Source: Candidatus Omnitrophota bacterium (GTDB lineage: Bacteria > Omnitrophota > Gorgyraeia > Aquiviventales > Aquiviventaceae). From it: a stretch of DNA of 64,000 nucleotides. Both the position numbers and the translations under genes were made by a program. The notes below the pieces were generated by a model that had not been told where the DNA came from, ran no database searches, and worked only from the letters and a program-made list of their open reading frames with translations. The stretch spans positions 11,235 through 75,234 of the forward strand of contig JACQWM010000053.1 of NCBI GenBank assembly GCA_016209275.1, written 5' to 3'. Positions 9,571-19,280 of the stretch are shown piece after piece; position 1 is the first letter of the stretch; every line of letters begins with the position of its first letter.

Positions 9571-10747
9571 GCCCTTTCGTGGAATTACGGGGCCAGTCCT
9601 GACGTTGGGGTTCGTCAGCTTCTTGACGGATGTCTCCAGCGAAATGATCTATCCGTTGCTGCCCATCTTTCTGACGACCGTGCTCGGAGCCGGCCCGGCG
9701 GCGCTCGGGATGATCGAGGGAGCCGCAGAATCCATGGCGGCGATCGTGAAGCTGCTCTCCGGCGTATGGTCGGATCGCGTGCGCAACCGGTCCCGTTTGG
9801 TGTTCTTGGGCTACAGCCTCTCCTCGTGCTCTCGGCCGCTCGTGGCCGCGGCGACCAGCGCCTCCCACATCCTGTGCATCCGCTTGACCGATCGCGCGGG
9901 CAAGGGGGTTCGCACGTCGCCGCGCGATGCGATGATCGCCGACGCTGTCGCACCCTCAGTGCGAGGCAAAGCGTTCGGCTTCCACCGGTCGATGGATCAT
10001 GCCGGCGCGGTCATCGGCCCGCTCCTCGCGACCGCCCTCCTGACGTGGTGGGTTCATGATCTTCGCGTGGTGTTTTGGCTGGCCAGCCTCCCCGGGCTGT
10101 TGGCGGTGGGACTCATTGCCTGGAAGGTGCGCGAGCCTGCTCCCGAGCGCCGCGCGCTAGCGACGCCGCCAGCGCTCTCGTGGGCATGGCCCAGCGGCGC
10201 CTTGCGCCGCTATCTGCTCATCCTCTTCATCTTCACGCTGGGCAACTCCACGGACGCCTTCCTCTTATTGCGCGCCGCCGGGCTCGGCGTGCCGACCGCG
10301 CAGCTGCCGCTGCTCTGGGTCGTCTTCCACATCGTGAAAATGGTATCCTCGATGCCGCTGGGCGCGCAGTCAGACCGTTTTGGCAGGAGACGTGTGATTC
10401 TCGCCGGGTGGGGCGTCTACGCGCTCGTGTATCTCGGGTTTGCCGCGGCCACGCAGCCGTGGCACGTCTGGGCGTTGTTCGCGCTCTACGGCGTGTTTTA
10501 TGGCTGCACCGAAGGCACGGAGCGAGCACTCCTGGCGGATCTTTCAACGCCGTCGATGCGCGGGGCGGCCTTTGGATGGTATCATGGCATCACCGGCATC
10601 GGGCTGCTGCCTGCGAGCCTGCTCTTCGGCGCGCTCTGGCAGCATGCGGGGCCGCAGGCGGCCTTCAGCGTTGGAGCCGTCTTGGCAGCGGTAGCCGCCG
10701 CCGGGCTGATGCTGTGTCTTGATGTTTCGTCGCGCCTTCACTCGTAA
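9509..10747 (+). CDS. MFS transporter
   Basis: LTDVSSEMIYPLLP, DRAGKGVRTSPRDA, GFHRSMDHAGA, SDRFGRR; about 12 TM; start may be 9557. Confidence 0.9.
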   Translation: MTTAGPSARSRRESWVMSHGSPFRGITGPVLTLGFVSFLTDVSSEMIYPLLPIFLTTVLGAGPAALGMIEGAAESMAAIVKLLSGVWSDRVRNRSRLVFLGYSLSSCSRPLVAAATSASHILCIRLTDRAGKGVRTSPRDAMIADAVAPSVRGKAFGFHRSMDHAGAVIGPLLATALLTWWVHDLRVVFWLASLPGLLAVGLIAWKVREPAPERRALATPPALSWAWPSGALRRYLLILFIFTLGNSTDAFLLLRAAGLGVPTAQLPLLWVVFHIVKMVSSMPLGAQSDRFGRRRVILAGWGVYALVYLGFAAATQPWHVWALFALYGVFYGCTEGTERALLADLSTPSMRGAAFGWYHGITGIGLLPASLLFGALWQHAGPQAAFSVGAVLAAVAAAGLMLCLDVSSRLHS

Positions 10748-10786
10748 GAGGTAGGCACGGGGCGCATCGCCCAAGGAGTCCACACG

Positions 10787-12112
10787 TTGGTTCGTGTGCT
10801 TGTGCTCGTGGCTGTGCTGTTGATGCGGCCGTTCGGGCTTGCCGCGGAAGAGCCGGTGACGCCAACCATGCTGACGCTCGCCGATGCCGTCCGGCTCGCG
10901 ACCACACGCTACGCCGAGGTGTTAGCCGCGAATGAGCGAACGCTCCAAGCGCTGGCTCGCCTCGGGCAAGCGCGCGCCACCTTGTGGCCTCACCTCGACG
11001 CCTCGGCGTCGCAATTCCGCCAGACGAGGAACCTTGAAGCCTCGGGCATTCCAATTGCCTTGAGCCATCCGGTCATCGGCCCGTTTAATTCGTTTGATGC
11101 GCGCATTGGGCTGACCCAAACGTTGTTTGATGTCAGCGCCTTCGAACGGTTCCTTACGGCCCGCGCCGGCCGGCAATTGTCCTTAGCGCAGTACGAAAAA
11201 GCCAAGCAAGATGCCATGGCGCTCGTGGCGGCGCTCTTTCTCGAGGCGGTGCGGGCCGCGCAGGCGATTGAGCCGGCGCATGCCCTGTTGACGCGCGATC
11301 AGCGACGGCTCGAGATTGCGTCGACCCAGCACGCCCTCGGCCTTGGATCCGATGTGGACGTGCAGCAGGCCCAGGCCGATGTCGAGGAGAGCCATGCGCG
11401 GTGGCAATCGTCGCTCACGTCCGCGTATGAACGCCAGCTCGATGTGATTGCCGCCTTGCATCTGCCCATGGATCAGCCGCTGATCTTGGTCGATGAGGAA
11501 GATCTCCTCGTGTCCGTACCACGGACCGCTGCCGAAACACAGGCCGCGGCGCAGAGCCATCCGGATGTTGTGGTGGCCCAGCGCGCGCTCACACAGCGCA
11601 CCGCAGAGCAAGCGGCTGAGCGCACCAGCGTCCTTCCCACCATCAAACTCTCCGCGGATTATGGCGCGAGCGGCAAGACCATCAGCGAGAGCGCAGGGAC
11701 CTACACCGTGGGAGCCAGCGTCGCGCTTCCCATCTTCGCCGGTGGCCAGCGCCTCGCGAGAATCCGCGAGGCCGAGAGCCGCGTGCGCGAGGGACACACC
11801 CTATTGGATGACGTTCGTCAGCAGGCAGAGGTGAAGGCGCTGCGCGCCGTCGAAACGCTGCGGCAATCCGCCGTGGTGGTGAAAGCGCAGACGGCCCTGC
11901 TGCAACTGGCCACCACGCACCTCATGGTGGCCCAGCGGCGTCTGCGCAGCGGCCTGGGCAGCGAGCTCGATGTGGTCGATGCGCAGACGAATGCTATGGT
12001 CGCGAAAGACCATCGTGCGGATGCGATAGCGACCTATCGGATGGCGCAAGTGACGCTGGCCCATGCCATGGGCCACGTGGAGTCTTTGGCACGAACACAA
12101 TTCCATGACTAG
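10787..12112 (+). CDS. TolC family outer membrane efflux protein
   Basis: Signal peptide, LTLADAV, two helical repeats with GLGS..DV..AQ, LPIFAGG. Confidence 0.88.
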   Translation: MVRVLVLVAVLLMRPFGLAAEEPVTPTMLTLADAVRLATTRYAEVLAANERTLQALARLGQARATLWPHLDASASQFRQTRNLEASGIPIALSHPVIGPFNSFDARIGLTQTLFDVSAFERFLTARAGRQLSLAQYEKAKQDAMALVAALFLEAVRAAQAIEPAHALLTRDQRRLEIASTQHALGLGSDVDVQQAQADVEESHARWQSSLTSAYERQLDVIAALHLPMDQPLILVDEEDLLVSVPRTAAETQAAAQSHPDVVVAQRALTQRTAEQAAERTSVLPTIKLSADYGASGKTISESAGTYTVGASVALPIFAGGQRLARIREAESRVREGHTLLDDVRQQAEVKALRAVETLRQSAVVVKAQTALLQLATTHLMVAQRRLRSGLGSELDVVDAQTNAMVAKDHRADAIATYRMAQVTLAHAMGHVESLARTQFHD

Positions 12113-12836
12113 CACACAGCAGTTAGCGCACAGCACACAGAGGAACGGTGCTCCCTGTGTGCTGTTTGCTGTGTGCTGTCTGCTCATCTCAGGATGCGAT
12201 CGGTTGATGCGCAACGGGGATTTGCAGTTGACCGGCACGCTGGAGTTGACCGAGCACGCGGTGGGCGCCCGCGTGCCGGGTCGTGTGGCCACGCTGCTGG
12301 TGCAAGACGGTGATGAGGTAAGCGCGGGACAGGTCCTAGCCACCCTGGATCGCTTCGACCAAGCCACGCGGGATGCCGATCGCATCCAGGCGCTCTTCAA
12401 GGCCGGCGGGGCCACGCAACAAGCCGTCGAGCAAGCCGGGTTATCGCTCGAGGACCAACAGGTCGTCTCGCCGGTGACCGGGGTGGTCTTGGTCAAAGTG
12501 CATGAGGCGGGGGAAGTGGTGGGAGCCGGCGCGCCGATTGTCATCATCGGGGACCGATCCTCCCTGTGGGTCCGGGTGTTTGTGCCGGAGGGAAAAGTCA
12601 ATCAGGTGTATTTGCAGCAGCCGGCGACGCTGCGATTTGACGGCCTGGCTCGCACGTACGGCGGCCACATCAGCTTCATCGCGCCGAAGGCGGAGTTTAC
12701 GCCTCGCAATGTGCAAACCGTCGAAGAGCGGATTACGCAAACATTCGCCGTAAAGGTGACCGTGGACCAGCCGGATCCCTCCTTGCGCCCTGGTGTAGCC
12801 GCCGATGTCATCATCCATCTCAAGGGCGACCGATGA
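12105..12836 (+). CDS. HlyD-family periplasmic adaptor (lipoprotein)
   Basis: LISGC lipobox, VPGRV..GDEVSAGQ, SPVTGVV, AEFTPRNVQT, LRPG. Confidence 0.88.
   Translation: MTSTQQLAHSTQRNGAPCVLFAVCCLLISGCDRLMRNGDLQLTGTLELTEHAVGARVPGRVATLLVQDGDEVSAGQVLATLDRFDQATRDADRIQALFKAGGATQQAVEQAGLSLEDQQVVSPVTGVVLVKVHEAGEVVGAGAPIVIIGDRSSLWVRVFVPEGKVNQVYLQQPATLRFDGLARTYGGHISFIAPKAEFTPRNVQTVEERITQTFAVKVTVDQPDPSLRPGVAADVIIHLKGDR
12111..12184. repeat. Inverted heptamer tandem repeats (AGCACAC / CTGTGTG) inside the signal-peptide coding region
   Basis: agcacac agcagtt agcgcac agcacac ... ctgtgtg ctgtttg ctgtgtg ctgtctg. Confidence 0.75.
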
Positions 12837-13765
12837 GCGAGACGATTGCGATTGAGGCGAGAGAGTTGACGCGGCGCTTCGGGACGCTGGTCGCCGTCGA
12901 TCATGTGAGCTTCTCGATTCGCTACGGCGAGATCTTCGGCTTTCTCGGCCCCAACGGCTCGGGCAAGAGCACCACCATCCGGATGCTCTGCGGCATCCTG
13001 GCTCCCACGAGCGGGGCCGCCACGGTCGCGGGCTTCGACGTCAACACGGATCCTGAGCGCGTCAAAACCGCCATCGGCTACATGTCCCAGCGTTTCAGTC
13101 TCTACCACGATCTCACCGTGGAAGAGAACCTGGAGTTTTACGGCCGGATCTACGGCCTGAGCGACGCGGCGCTGCGCGAGCGCAAACAGGAGGTCCTGCA
13201 GCTCACCGGGTTGGATCAGTGGCGCGGCCGCCTGGCTGGGGAGCTCTCCGGCGGATCTAAACAGCGGCTCGCACTGGCCAATGCGGTGTTGCATCAGCCG
13301 CGCCTGCTCTTTCTCGATGAGCCCACGGCGGGCATTGATCCGGTTTCGCGCCGCGCGCTCTGGGAGCTGCTCTATCAGCTGGCCGAAGGCGGCATCGCGC
13401 TGTTTGTGACGACCCACTATATGGAGGAGGCCGAGCGATGCAATCAGATTGCCTTCATCAGCCAGGGACGGCTGCTGAGCATCGGCCCGCCCAACGCGCT
13501 GAAAGCCCGCGTGGGCGGCCAGCTCCTCGAAGTCGAATGCGCGCCGCTGATGAAAGCCTCCCGGGTGTTTCGCCGGCTGCCCGGGGTGACGAACATCACC
13601 GCCTTCGGCACGACGCTGCATCTGAATCTCTCCGTCGATCCGGCCGTGGCGACGCAGGCGATTCGTGATTGCGCCTCCACAGAAGCGATCGAGATCCGGT
13701 CGATTCAGCCCATCGCCGCGACCCTAGAGGATGTGTTCGCCACGATGACCGAGGGAGTGGGATGA
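12833..13765 (+). CDS. ABC transporter ATP-binding protein
   Basis: GPNGSGKST, LSGG, LLFLDEPT, TTHYMEEA. Confidence 0.95.
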   Translation: MSETIAIEARELTRRFGTLVAVDHVSFSIRYGEIFGFLGPNGSGKSTTIRMLCGILAPTSGAATVAGFDVNTDPERVKTAIGYMSQRFSLYHDLTVEENLEFYGRIYGLSDAALRERKQEVLQLTGLDQWRGRLAGELSGGSKQRLALANAVLHQPRLLFLDEPTAGIDPVSRRALWELLYQLAEGGIALFVTTHYMEEAERCNQIAFISQGRLLSIGPPNALKARVGGQLLEVECAPLMKASRVFRRLPGVTNITAFGTTLHLNLSVDPAVATQAIRDCASTEAIEIRSIQPIAATLEDVFATMTEGVG

Positions 13766-14865
13766 CCCGTATCCGGGCGGTGGCGCGCAAAGAGTTTCTC
13801 CAGATTTTCCGCGACCGCCGGACGCTGATTCTCATCACCCTGATGCCGTTCATCCAATTGACGATTTACGGCTATGCGATCAACACGGACGTCAAGCATC
13901 TGGCCACCGCGCTCTACGACGAAGATCAGACGCCGATGAGCCGGCGCCTCGTCGCGACGTTTGAGCAGTCGGCCTACTTCGATGTGACGCTGCGCGTCCA
14001 GTCGCCGCGAGCACTTCGGCGGGCCCTCGATCTGGGGCGGGTCAAGGCCGGCCTGCACATCCCCACGCATTTTGCGCAGGATCTCACCGCCGGCCGCGGA
14101 GCGCCGCTGCAGCTCTTGATCGACGGCACCGATTCCAATCCGGCCAATGCGGCTCTCAACACCGGCCAGGCGATCATCGCGAATTTCGTGCAGCAGGAAG
14201 GCTTCGTCACCGTCAGCGGCCGGCCCATCGATTATCGGCCGCGCATGTGGTACAACCCGGATTTGAAAAGCGCTTTTTTCATGGTCCCGGGCCTGGTGGG
14301 CTTGCTGCTGCAGCTGTTGATCCCCATGATCACCGCGACGGCCGTCGTGCGCGAGAAAGAGCGCGGCAACATCGAGCAGCTGCTGGTGACGCCGATCAAG
14401 CCGTATGAGCTCATCATCGGCAAGCTGCTCCCGTATATGGCGATCGGGATGGTGATCGCCACCCTCGTCGTGGGCGCGGCGTGGCTCTTGTTTCATGTGC
14501 CGGTGCGGGGCAATCCGATCACGCTCTTGGGGCTGACCCTGCTGTTTCTGACGGTGTGCTTGGGGTTGGGATTGTTTGCGTCCACCGTCGCGGAGAACCA
14601 GCAGCAGGCCGCGCAGATCATCATGCTCTTCGCCGCTCCGTCCATTCTGTTGTCCGGCTTTATCTTTCCGCGCGAGGCCATGCCGCTGCCGATTTTCTAC
14701 CTCGGCAACCTCATTCCGCTGACCTATTTTCTGAAGATCGTGCGCGGCGTCATCCTCAAGGGCTTAGGGGTGATGGATTTGTGGCCCCAGATTCTTCCCT
14801 TGGGCCTGATGGCCATCGGCATCCTCACGGTGAGCATTCTGAAATTCCACAAGCGCCTGGCCTAA
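13762..14865 (+). CDS. ABC-2 type permease (YbhR/YbhS-like)
   Basis: KEFLQIFRDRR, YNPDLKS, VREKERGNIEQLLVTP, LSGFIFP. Confidence 0.93.
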   Translation: MTRIRAVARKEFLQIFRDRRTLILITLMPFIQLTIYGYAINTDVKHLATALYDEDQTPMSRRLVATFEQSAYFDVTLRVQSPRALRRALDLGRVKAGLHIPTHFAQDLTAGRGAPLQLLIDGTDSNPANAALNTGQAIIANFVQQEGFVTVSGRPIDYRPRMWYNPDLKSAFFMVPGLVGLLLQLLIPMITATAVVREKERGNIEQLLVTPIKPYELIIGKLLPYMAIGMVIATLVVGAAWLLFHVPVRGNPITLLGLTLLFLTVCLGLGLFASTVAENQQQAAQIIMLFAAPSILLSGFIFPREAMPLPIFYLGNLIPLTYFLKIVRGVILKGLGVMDLWPQILPLGLMAIGILTVSILKFHKRLA

Positions 14866-14892
14866 GCATGGGAACCGCCGGAGCCTCAACCG

Positions 14893-15690
14893 ATGCCACT
14901 TGAGCTGTTTGATACGCACTGCCACCTGGATCTGGTGTCGAAGGCCGAGCGGCCCGGCGTCTTATCCCGCGCCCGCGCCGCCAACGTGGTCGGCTGTGTC
15001 AGCATCGGCACGAGCCTGGAGGCGAGCCGAGAGAATGTCGCCATGGCCCGCGCCGAGGGTGCTCTGGTGCGGGCGTCGGTGGGCATCCACCCCCATGACG
15101 CGCACCTTGTAACCGAGCAACAGCTTCGAGATATCGACGCCCTCTCCGCCGATCCCGCGGTCGTCGCCATCGGCGAAGTGGGGCTCGATTTTTTTCGCCA
15201 GACCGGAGATCCTGACGTGCAGCGCCGCATCTTCAGCGCGTTTCTGGCGATGGCCCAGCGGCGGAAGCGGCCGATCCTGATCCATTGCCGCAACGCGTAT
15301 GACGCGCTGCTGGAGCTGCTGCGGGCGGAGGCGACGCTACCGCTGGCCGGCCTGATCCATTGCGCGTCAGGTCCTCCCGAGTTTATCCAAGGCGCGCTGG
15401 CCCTCGGGTTGCATATTTCCTTCGCCGGCAATGTGACGTTTCCCAATGCGCAAGCGTTGCGCGAACTCATCAACGTGGTGCCGGATGATCGGGTATTGAT
15501 CGAAACCGATGCGCCCTTCCTCGCGCCCCAGCCGGTCCGCGGCAAAAAAAACGAGCCCGCGCACCTCGCCTATACCGCCGCGTATATCGCCCAGTGGCGC
15601 GGCAGCAGCCTTGAGCATCTCGCCGCCGTGACCACCCGCAACGCCCGGCGGCTGTTTGGCTTGGCGGATAAATCTGCTACAATCAGCTGA
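14893..15690 (+). CDS. tatD: TatD family hydrolase
   Basis: DTHCHL, GIHPH, IGEVGLD, IHCR, IHC, ETDAPFLAP, NEP. Confidence 0.92.
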   Translation: MPLELFDTHCHLDLVSKAERPGVLSRARAANVVGCVSIGTSLEASRENVAMARAEGALVRASVGIHPHDAHLVTEQQLRDIDALSADPAVVAIGEVGLDFFRQTGDPDVQRRIFSAFLAMAQRRKRPILIHCRNAYDALLELLRAEATLPLAGLIHCASGPPEFIQGALALGLHISFAGNVTFPNAQALRELINVVPDDRVLIETDAPFLAPQPVRGKKNEPAHLAYTAAYIAQWRGSSLEHLAAVTTRNARRLFGLADKSATIS

Positions 15691-16685
15691 TGCGCCAGGC
15701 ACCGCACGACCTTCCCGTCATGGCCCCGACGCGCGGCACCCTCACGCGCGAGCGCCAGATCGACGTGAAGGATCTCATGTCGCGGTTTAATTTCGCCTTC
15801 AGCCTCATGAGCGTCATCCCCCTGCTGACATGCGCGTATTTGATCACCGTGCGGTTTTTCTCCGTCCAGGTCCTCTTTACCTCCAACGGCGCCTATTTCT
15901 TTATCGCGCTCGTCATCGCTTTGCTCGGCTTGCTGGCCGGCCACGAGCTGATCCGCGACATGATCCGCCGCTTGGTGGAGGCGAACGCGAAGCTGCAGAA
16001 GCTCAATGAGCAGCAGGCGAGTTTCGTCAGCAACGTGGCGCACGAATTTCGCGCACCCCTCGGGGTGTTCAAGGGCGCGCTCGATAATCTTGGCGATGGG
16101 CTCCACGGCCCGGTCACGGCCGAGCAGATGGAGCCGATTGCGATGTGCCAGAAGGAAGTGAACCGGCTCTCCCGGCTCGTGCGCGACTTGCTGGAGCTCG
16201 CCCGCATGGAGGCGGGCAAAGTCCAGCTGGCCGCTGAGCGCGTGAAACTTCAAGACATCATCGCCGCCGCTACCGAGCTCTTTCGCCTTCCCGCGAAAGA
16301 GCGCAAGCTGACCCTGATCATGGAGGTGGCTGAGGAGCCGGTCTACGTGACCGGGGATACGGATCGGCTCCAGCAAGTGTTCATCAACCTCCTCGGCAAC
16401 GCGGTCAAATACACGGATGTCGGCAGCATTCGCGTGCGGATGGTCGCCGATGCGCGCGAGGCCCAGGTGGAGATCATCGACAGCGGCCAGGGCATCGAGC
16501 AGCAGGATCTGGACAGGATTTTCGATAAATTTGAGCGCGTCGGCAGCCAGACCGAGGAAGGCTCCGGGTTGGGGCTGCCGATTGCGCGCGATATCGTGGA
16601 GCTGCACCATGGGCGGCTGTGGGCCGAAAGCCAATCCGGCCAGGGCAGCCGGTTCATCGTGCAATTGCCTCTCGCGAAGGGGTGA
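15690..16685 (+). CDS. Membrane sensor histidine kinase
   Basis: Two TM; AHEFRAPL, NLLGNAVKYT, DSGQGI, IFDKF, GSGLGL. Confidence 0.92.
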   Translation: MRQAPHDLPVMAPTRGTLTRERQIDVKDLMSRFNFAFSLMSVIPLLTCAYLITVRFFSVQVLFTSNGAYFFIALVIALLGLLAGHELIRDMIRRLVEANAKLQKLNEQQASFVSNVAHEFRAPLGVFKGALDNLGDGLHGPVTAEQMEPIAMCQKEVNRLSRLVRDLLELARMEAGKVQLAAERVKLQDIIAAATELFRLPAKERKLTLIMEVAEEPVYVTGDTDRLQQVFINLLGNAVKYTDVGSIRVRMVADAREAQVEIIDSGQGIEQQDLDRIFDKFERVGSQTEEGSGLGLPIARDIVELHHGRLWAESQSGQGSRFIVQLPLAKG

Positions 16686-16692
16686 GACGTCC

Positions 16693-17292
16693 ATGGGGAA
16701 ATCGCTCTGGGTCTTGGCCAGCCTGCTGGTTGTCGCACCGACGACGGCTGTGGCTTCCGCCGAGGCGGGAACGCCGGCACCCGATGTTCGCCTGATGGAT
16801 TCGCGCGGCACCGCCCGAAGCCTCTCGGAGTTCCACGGCAAGATCGTGGTGCTCGAATGGTGGAATCCGGACTGCCCCTTTGTCAAACGGCATTACGGTG
16901 GGGCGATGCAGCGACTGCAGGACACCTACACCGCGCGGGGCGTCATCTGGCTGATGATCAATTCCTCGGCTCCAGGCAAACAAGGCCGCCTCGCGCCGGA
17001 GGCGGCCAACACCTATGCGGCGACCCATGGGGTGAAGGCGACGGCCATGCTCTTGGACCCTGACGGCGCGGCCGGCCGGTTGTACGGCGCAAAGACGACC
17101 CCGCACATGTTCATCATCGATCCTCAAGGGACGCTCGCCTATGCCGGCGCCATCGACGATCATCCGGCCGTCGATCCGTCGGATCCTCCGCCGGCGTCCA
17201 ATTATGTGACGCAATCCCTTGAGGCGCTGCTTGCTGGCCGGCCGATTCCAGTGAGGACGACCACCTCGTATGGCTGTTCGGTCAAATACTAA
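16693..17292 (+). CDS. Exported thioredoxin-fold (redoxin) protein
   Basis: Signal peptide, GKIVVLEWWNPDCPFV, YGAKTTPHMF, YAGAIDD, YGCSVKY. Confidence 0.85.
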   Translation: MGKSLWVLASLLVVAPTTAVASAEAGTPAPDVRLMDSRGTARSLSEFHGKIVVLEWWNPDCPFVKRHYGGAMQRLQDTYTARGVIWLMINSSAPGKQGRLAPEAANTYAATHGVKATAMLLDPDGAAGRLYGAKTTPHMFIIDPQGTLAYAGAIDDHPAVDPSDPPPASNYVTQSLEALLAGRPIPVRTTTSYGCSVKY

Positions 17293-17308
17293 CGACTCGG
17301 AGGTCACG

Positions 17309-18142
17309 ATGCTCGACACGACGCTGGCATTATCAGGGCAGCTGAAGGAAACACTGGAAGCCATCGCGCGGAAGACGGCGTTCCGTCCGCAGATTGGGCT
17401 CGTGCTAGGATCCGGCCTCGGCGGACTGACGAAGTCGGTTCGCGTCGAGACGGAGATCCCGTACGAAGACCTGCCGCACATGCCCAAGGCGACCGCGCCC
17501 GGCCATGAGGGCAAACTCGTGCTGGGCACGATCAGCCAGCAGCGCGTGGCCGTGCTCGCCGGACGGTTTCATCATTATGAAGGCTATCCCATGTCCCAGG
17601 TCGTGTATCCGGTGCAGCTCGTGCGCGCGCTGGGAGCTGAGACGCTAATGCTGACGAGCATCGTCGGCGGCATGAATCCCGCCATGCTGCCCGGCTCGCT
17701 CGTGATGCTTGATGATCACATCAATTTCATGGGGGCGAATCCGCTCTTAGGGCCGAATGATGAGACGATCGGCCCGCGGTTTCCCGATATGTCGCAGCCG
17801 TATGATCCGGCCCTCCAGCAGTTGGCCCGCCAGGTGGCGGCCGAGCAGAAGATTCCGCTGACAGACGGCGTGTATGCGGCGGTGGCCGGGCCGAATCTTG
17901 AGACGCGCGCTGAATACCGCATGCTGCGCGGGATGGGGGCGGATGTGGTGGGGATGTCGATGGTGCCCGAAGTGCTGGCCGCCCGGCATGGCGGCTTGCG
18001 TGTGCTGGCTGTGGTGGTCGTTTCCGACGCGTGCGATCCGGATCACCTGAAGCCCGCCAACATCGAGGAGCTGCTTCGCATCGCTGCGGCCACCGAACCC
18101 AAGCTCACCAAGCTCTTGCAGGGCGTCATCTCCCGACTTTAA
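17309..18142 (+). CDS. Purine-nucleoside phosphorylase (trimeric PNP/MTAP family)
   Basis: GLVLGSGLG, GH.G, GRFHHYEG, GPRFPDMS, GPNLETRAE, DVVGMS; SD GGAGG before ATG 17309. Confidence 0.92.
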   Translation: MLDTTLALSGQLKETLEAIARKTAFRPQIGLVLGSGLGGLTKSVRVETEIPYEDLPHMPKATAPGHEGKLVLGTISQQRVAVLAGRFHHYEGYPMSQVVYPVQLVRALGAETLMLTSIVGGMNPAMLPGSLVMLDDHINFMGANPLLGPNDETIGPRFPDMSQPYDPALQQLARQVAAEQKIPLTDGVYAAVAGPNLETRAEYRMLRGMGADVVGMSMVPEVLAARHGGLRVLAVVVVSDACDPDHLKPANIEELLRIAAATEPKLTKLLQGVISRL

Positions 18143-18150
18143 CTGCACAG

Positions 18151-18186
18151 GCGATATCAGATATCGATTTCGATATCTGATATCGC
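18151..18186. repeat. GATATC palindromic repeat, copy 2
   Basis: GCGATATCAGATATCGA-tt-TCGATATCTGATATCGC with outer AACTGCA/TGCAGTT arms. Confidence 0.9.
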
Positions 18187-18203
18187 TCTTGCAGTTGACC
18201 TGA

Positions 18204-19280
18204 ATGCGAGTCAACGGTATCCCTTATCGCACTGTTTGGCTGGAAGGCTCGACGGTGCATCTGATCGATCAGCGCCGTCTGCCGGCGCGGTTTGAGATTC
18301 TTGAGCTGCCCACAGTCCAGCAGACGGCGGAGGCGATTCGCACTATGACCGTGCGAGGCGCTGGGGCCATTGGCGTCGCGGCCGGTTTTGCGATGGCGCA
18401 GGCGGCACTCCTGGCTCCGGCATCCGGCGTGCGCGAAGCGCTCGAGCAGGCGGCGGCGATCATCCGCGCCACGCGGCCCACCGCGCAGAACCTGTTTTAT
18501 GCGGTGCAGCGTATCGTCGACGGCACGCGGTCGGCCCATTCCGTCGACGAGATTCGACGGCGAGCCGTGGTGATAGCTCAACGCATGGCCGATGAAGACG
18601 CCGCCTCCGGCGAGCGCATTGGAATCGTGGGGGCTTCGCTCATCCGCGATGGGGCGTCCGTGATGACGCACTGCAACGCCGGGTGGCTGGCGTTTGCCGA
18701 TTGGGGCACGGCCTTGGCACCCATCTATGTCGCCCATCGAGCCGGCAAACGCGTGTCGGTGATCGTGAATGAGACGCGGCCGCGCGGGCAGGGGGCGAAG
18801 CTCACCGCCTGGGAACTCGGGCAAGAAGGTGTTTCGCATACGCTGATTCCCGATACCGCTGCTGGCTACGCGATGGCGCAAAAACTTGTGGATCTCATCA
18901 TCGTGGGCGCGGATCGCATCGCGGCCAACGGCGATGTGGCGAATAAAATTGGGACGTATGCGTTGGCCGTGTTAGCGCAGGCCCATCAGATTCCGTTCTA
19001 CGTTGCGGCTCCGACCACCACGATCGATGCCGCATGTCCTGAAGGCTCGAAGATTCCTATTGAAGAACGATCCGCTGATGAGGTCGTCTGGACATCAGGT
19101 GTGACCGATGATGGCGCAGAAACCCGCGTGCGCACCGCCCCGGAGCACACCCCAGCGCGCAACTGGGCGTTCGACGTGACACCGGCAGCGCTGATTCGCG
19201 GCCTGATCACCGATCGGGGGATGATTCGCCCTGAGCCTCAGGCGATCGCTGAGGTGATGACCGCGGCGGCGACTCGATGA
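18204..19280 (+). CDS. mtnA: S-methyl-5-thioribose-1-phosphate isomerase
   Basis: VRGA.AIG, TRPTA.NL, THCNAG.LA, ETRP..QG.KLTAWEL, GADRIAANGDVANKIGTY, AFDVTP. Confidence 0.93.
   Translation: MRVNGIPYRTVWLEGSTVHLIDQRRLPARFEILELPTVQQTAEAIRTMTVRGAGAIGVAAGFAMAQAALLAPASGVREALEQAAAIIRATRPTAQNLFYAVQRIVDGTRSAHSVDEIRRRAVVIAQRMADEDAASGERIGIVGASLIRDGASVMTHCNAGWLAFADWGTALAPIYVAHRAGKRVSVIVNETRPRGQGAKLTAWELGQEGVSHTLIPDTAAGYAMAQKLVDLIIVGADRIAANGDVANKIGTYALAVLAQAHQIPFYVAAPTTTIDAACPEGSKIPIEERSADEVVWTSGVTDDGAETRVRTAPEHTPARNWAFDVTPAALIRGLITDRGMIRPEPQAIAEVMTAAATR

Noticed and set aside
15570-16886. 438-aa minus-strand ORF, and similar long ORFs at 21124..22245, 12602..13621 and 24043..25407
   Set aside because: Antisense shadows of well-supported genes in GC-rich DNA, with no recognisable motifs.
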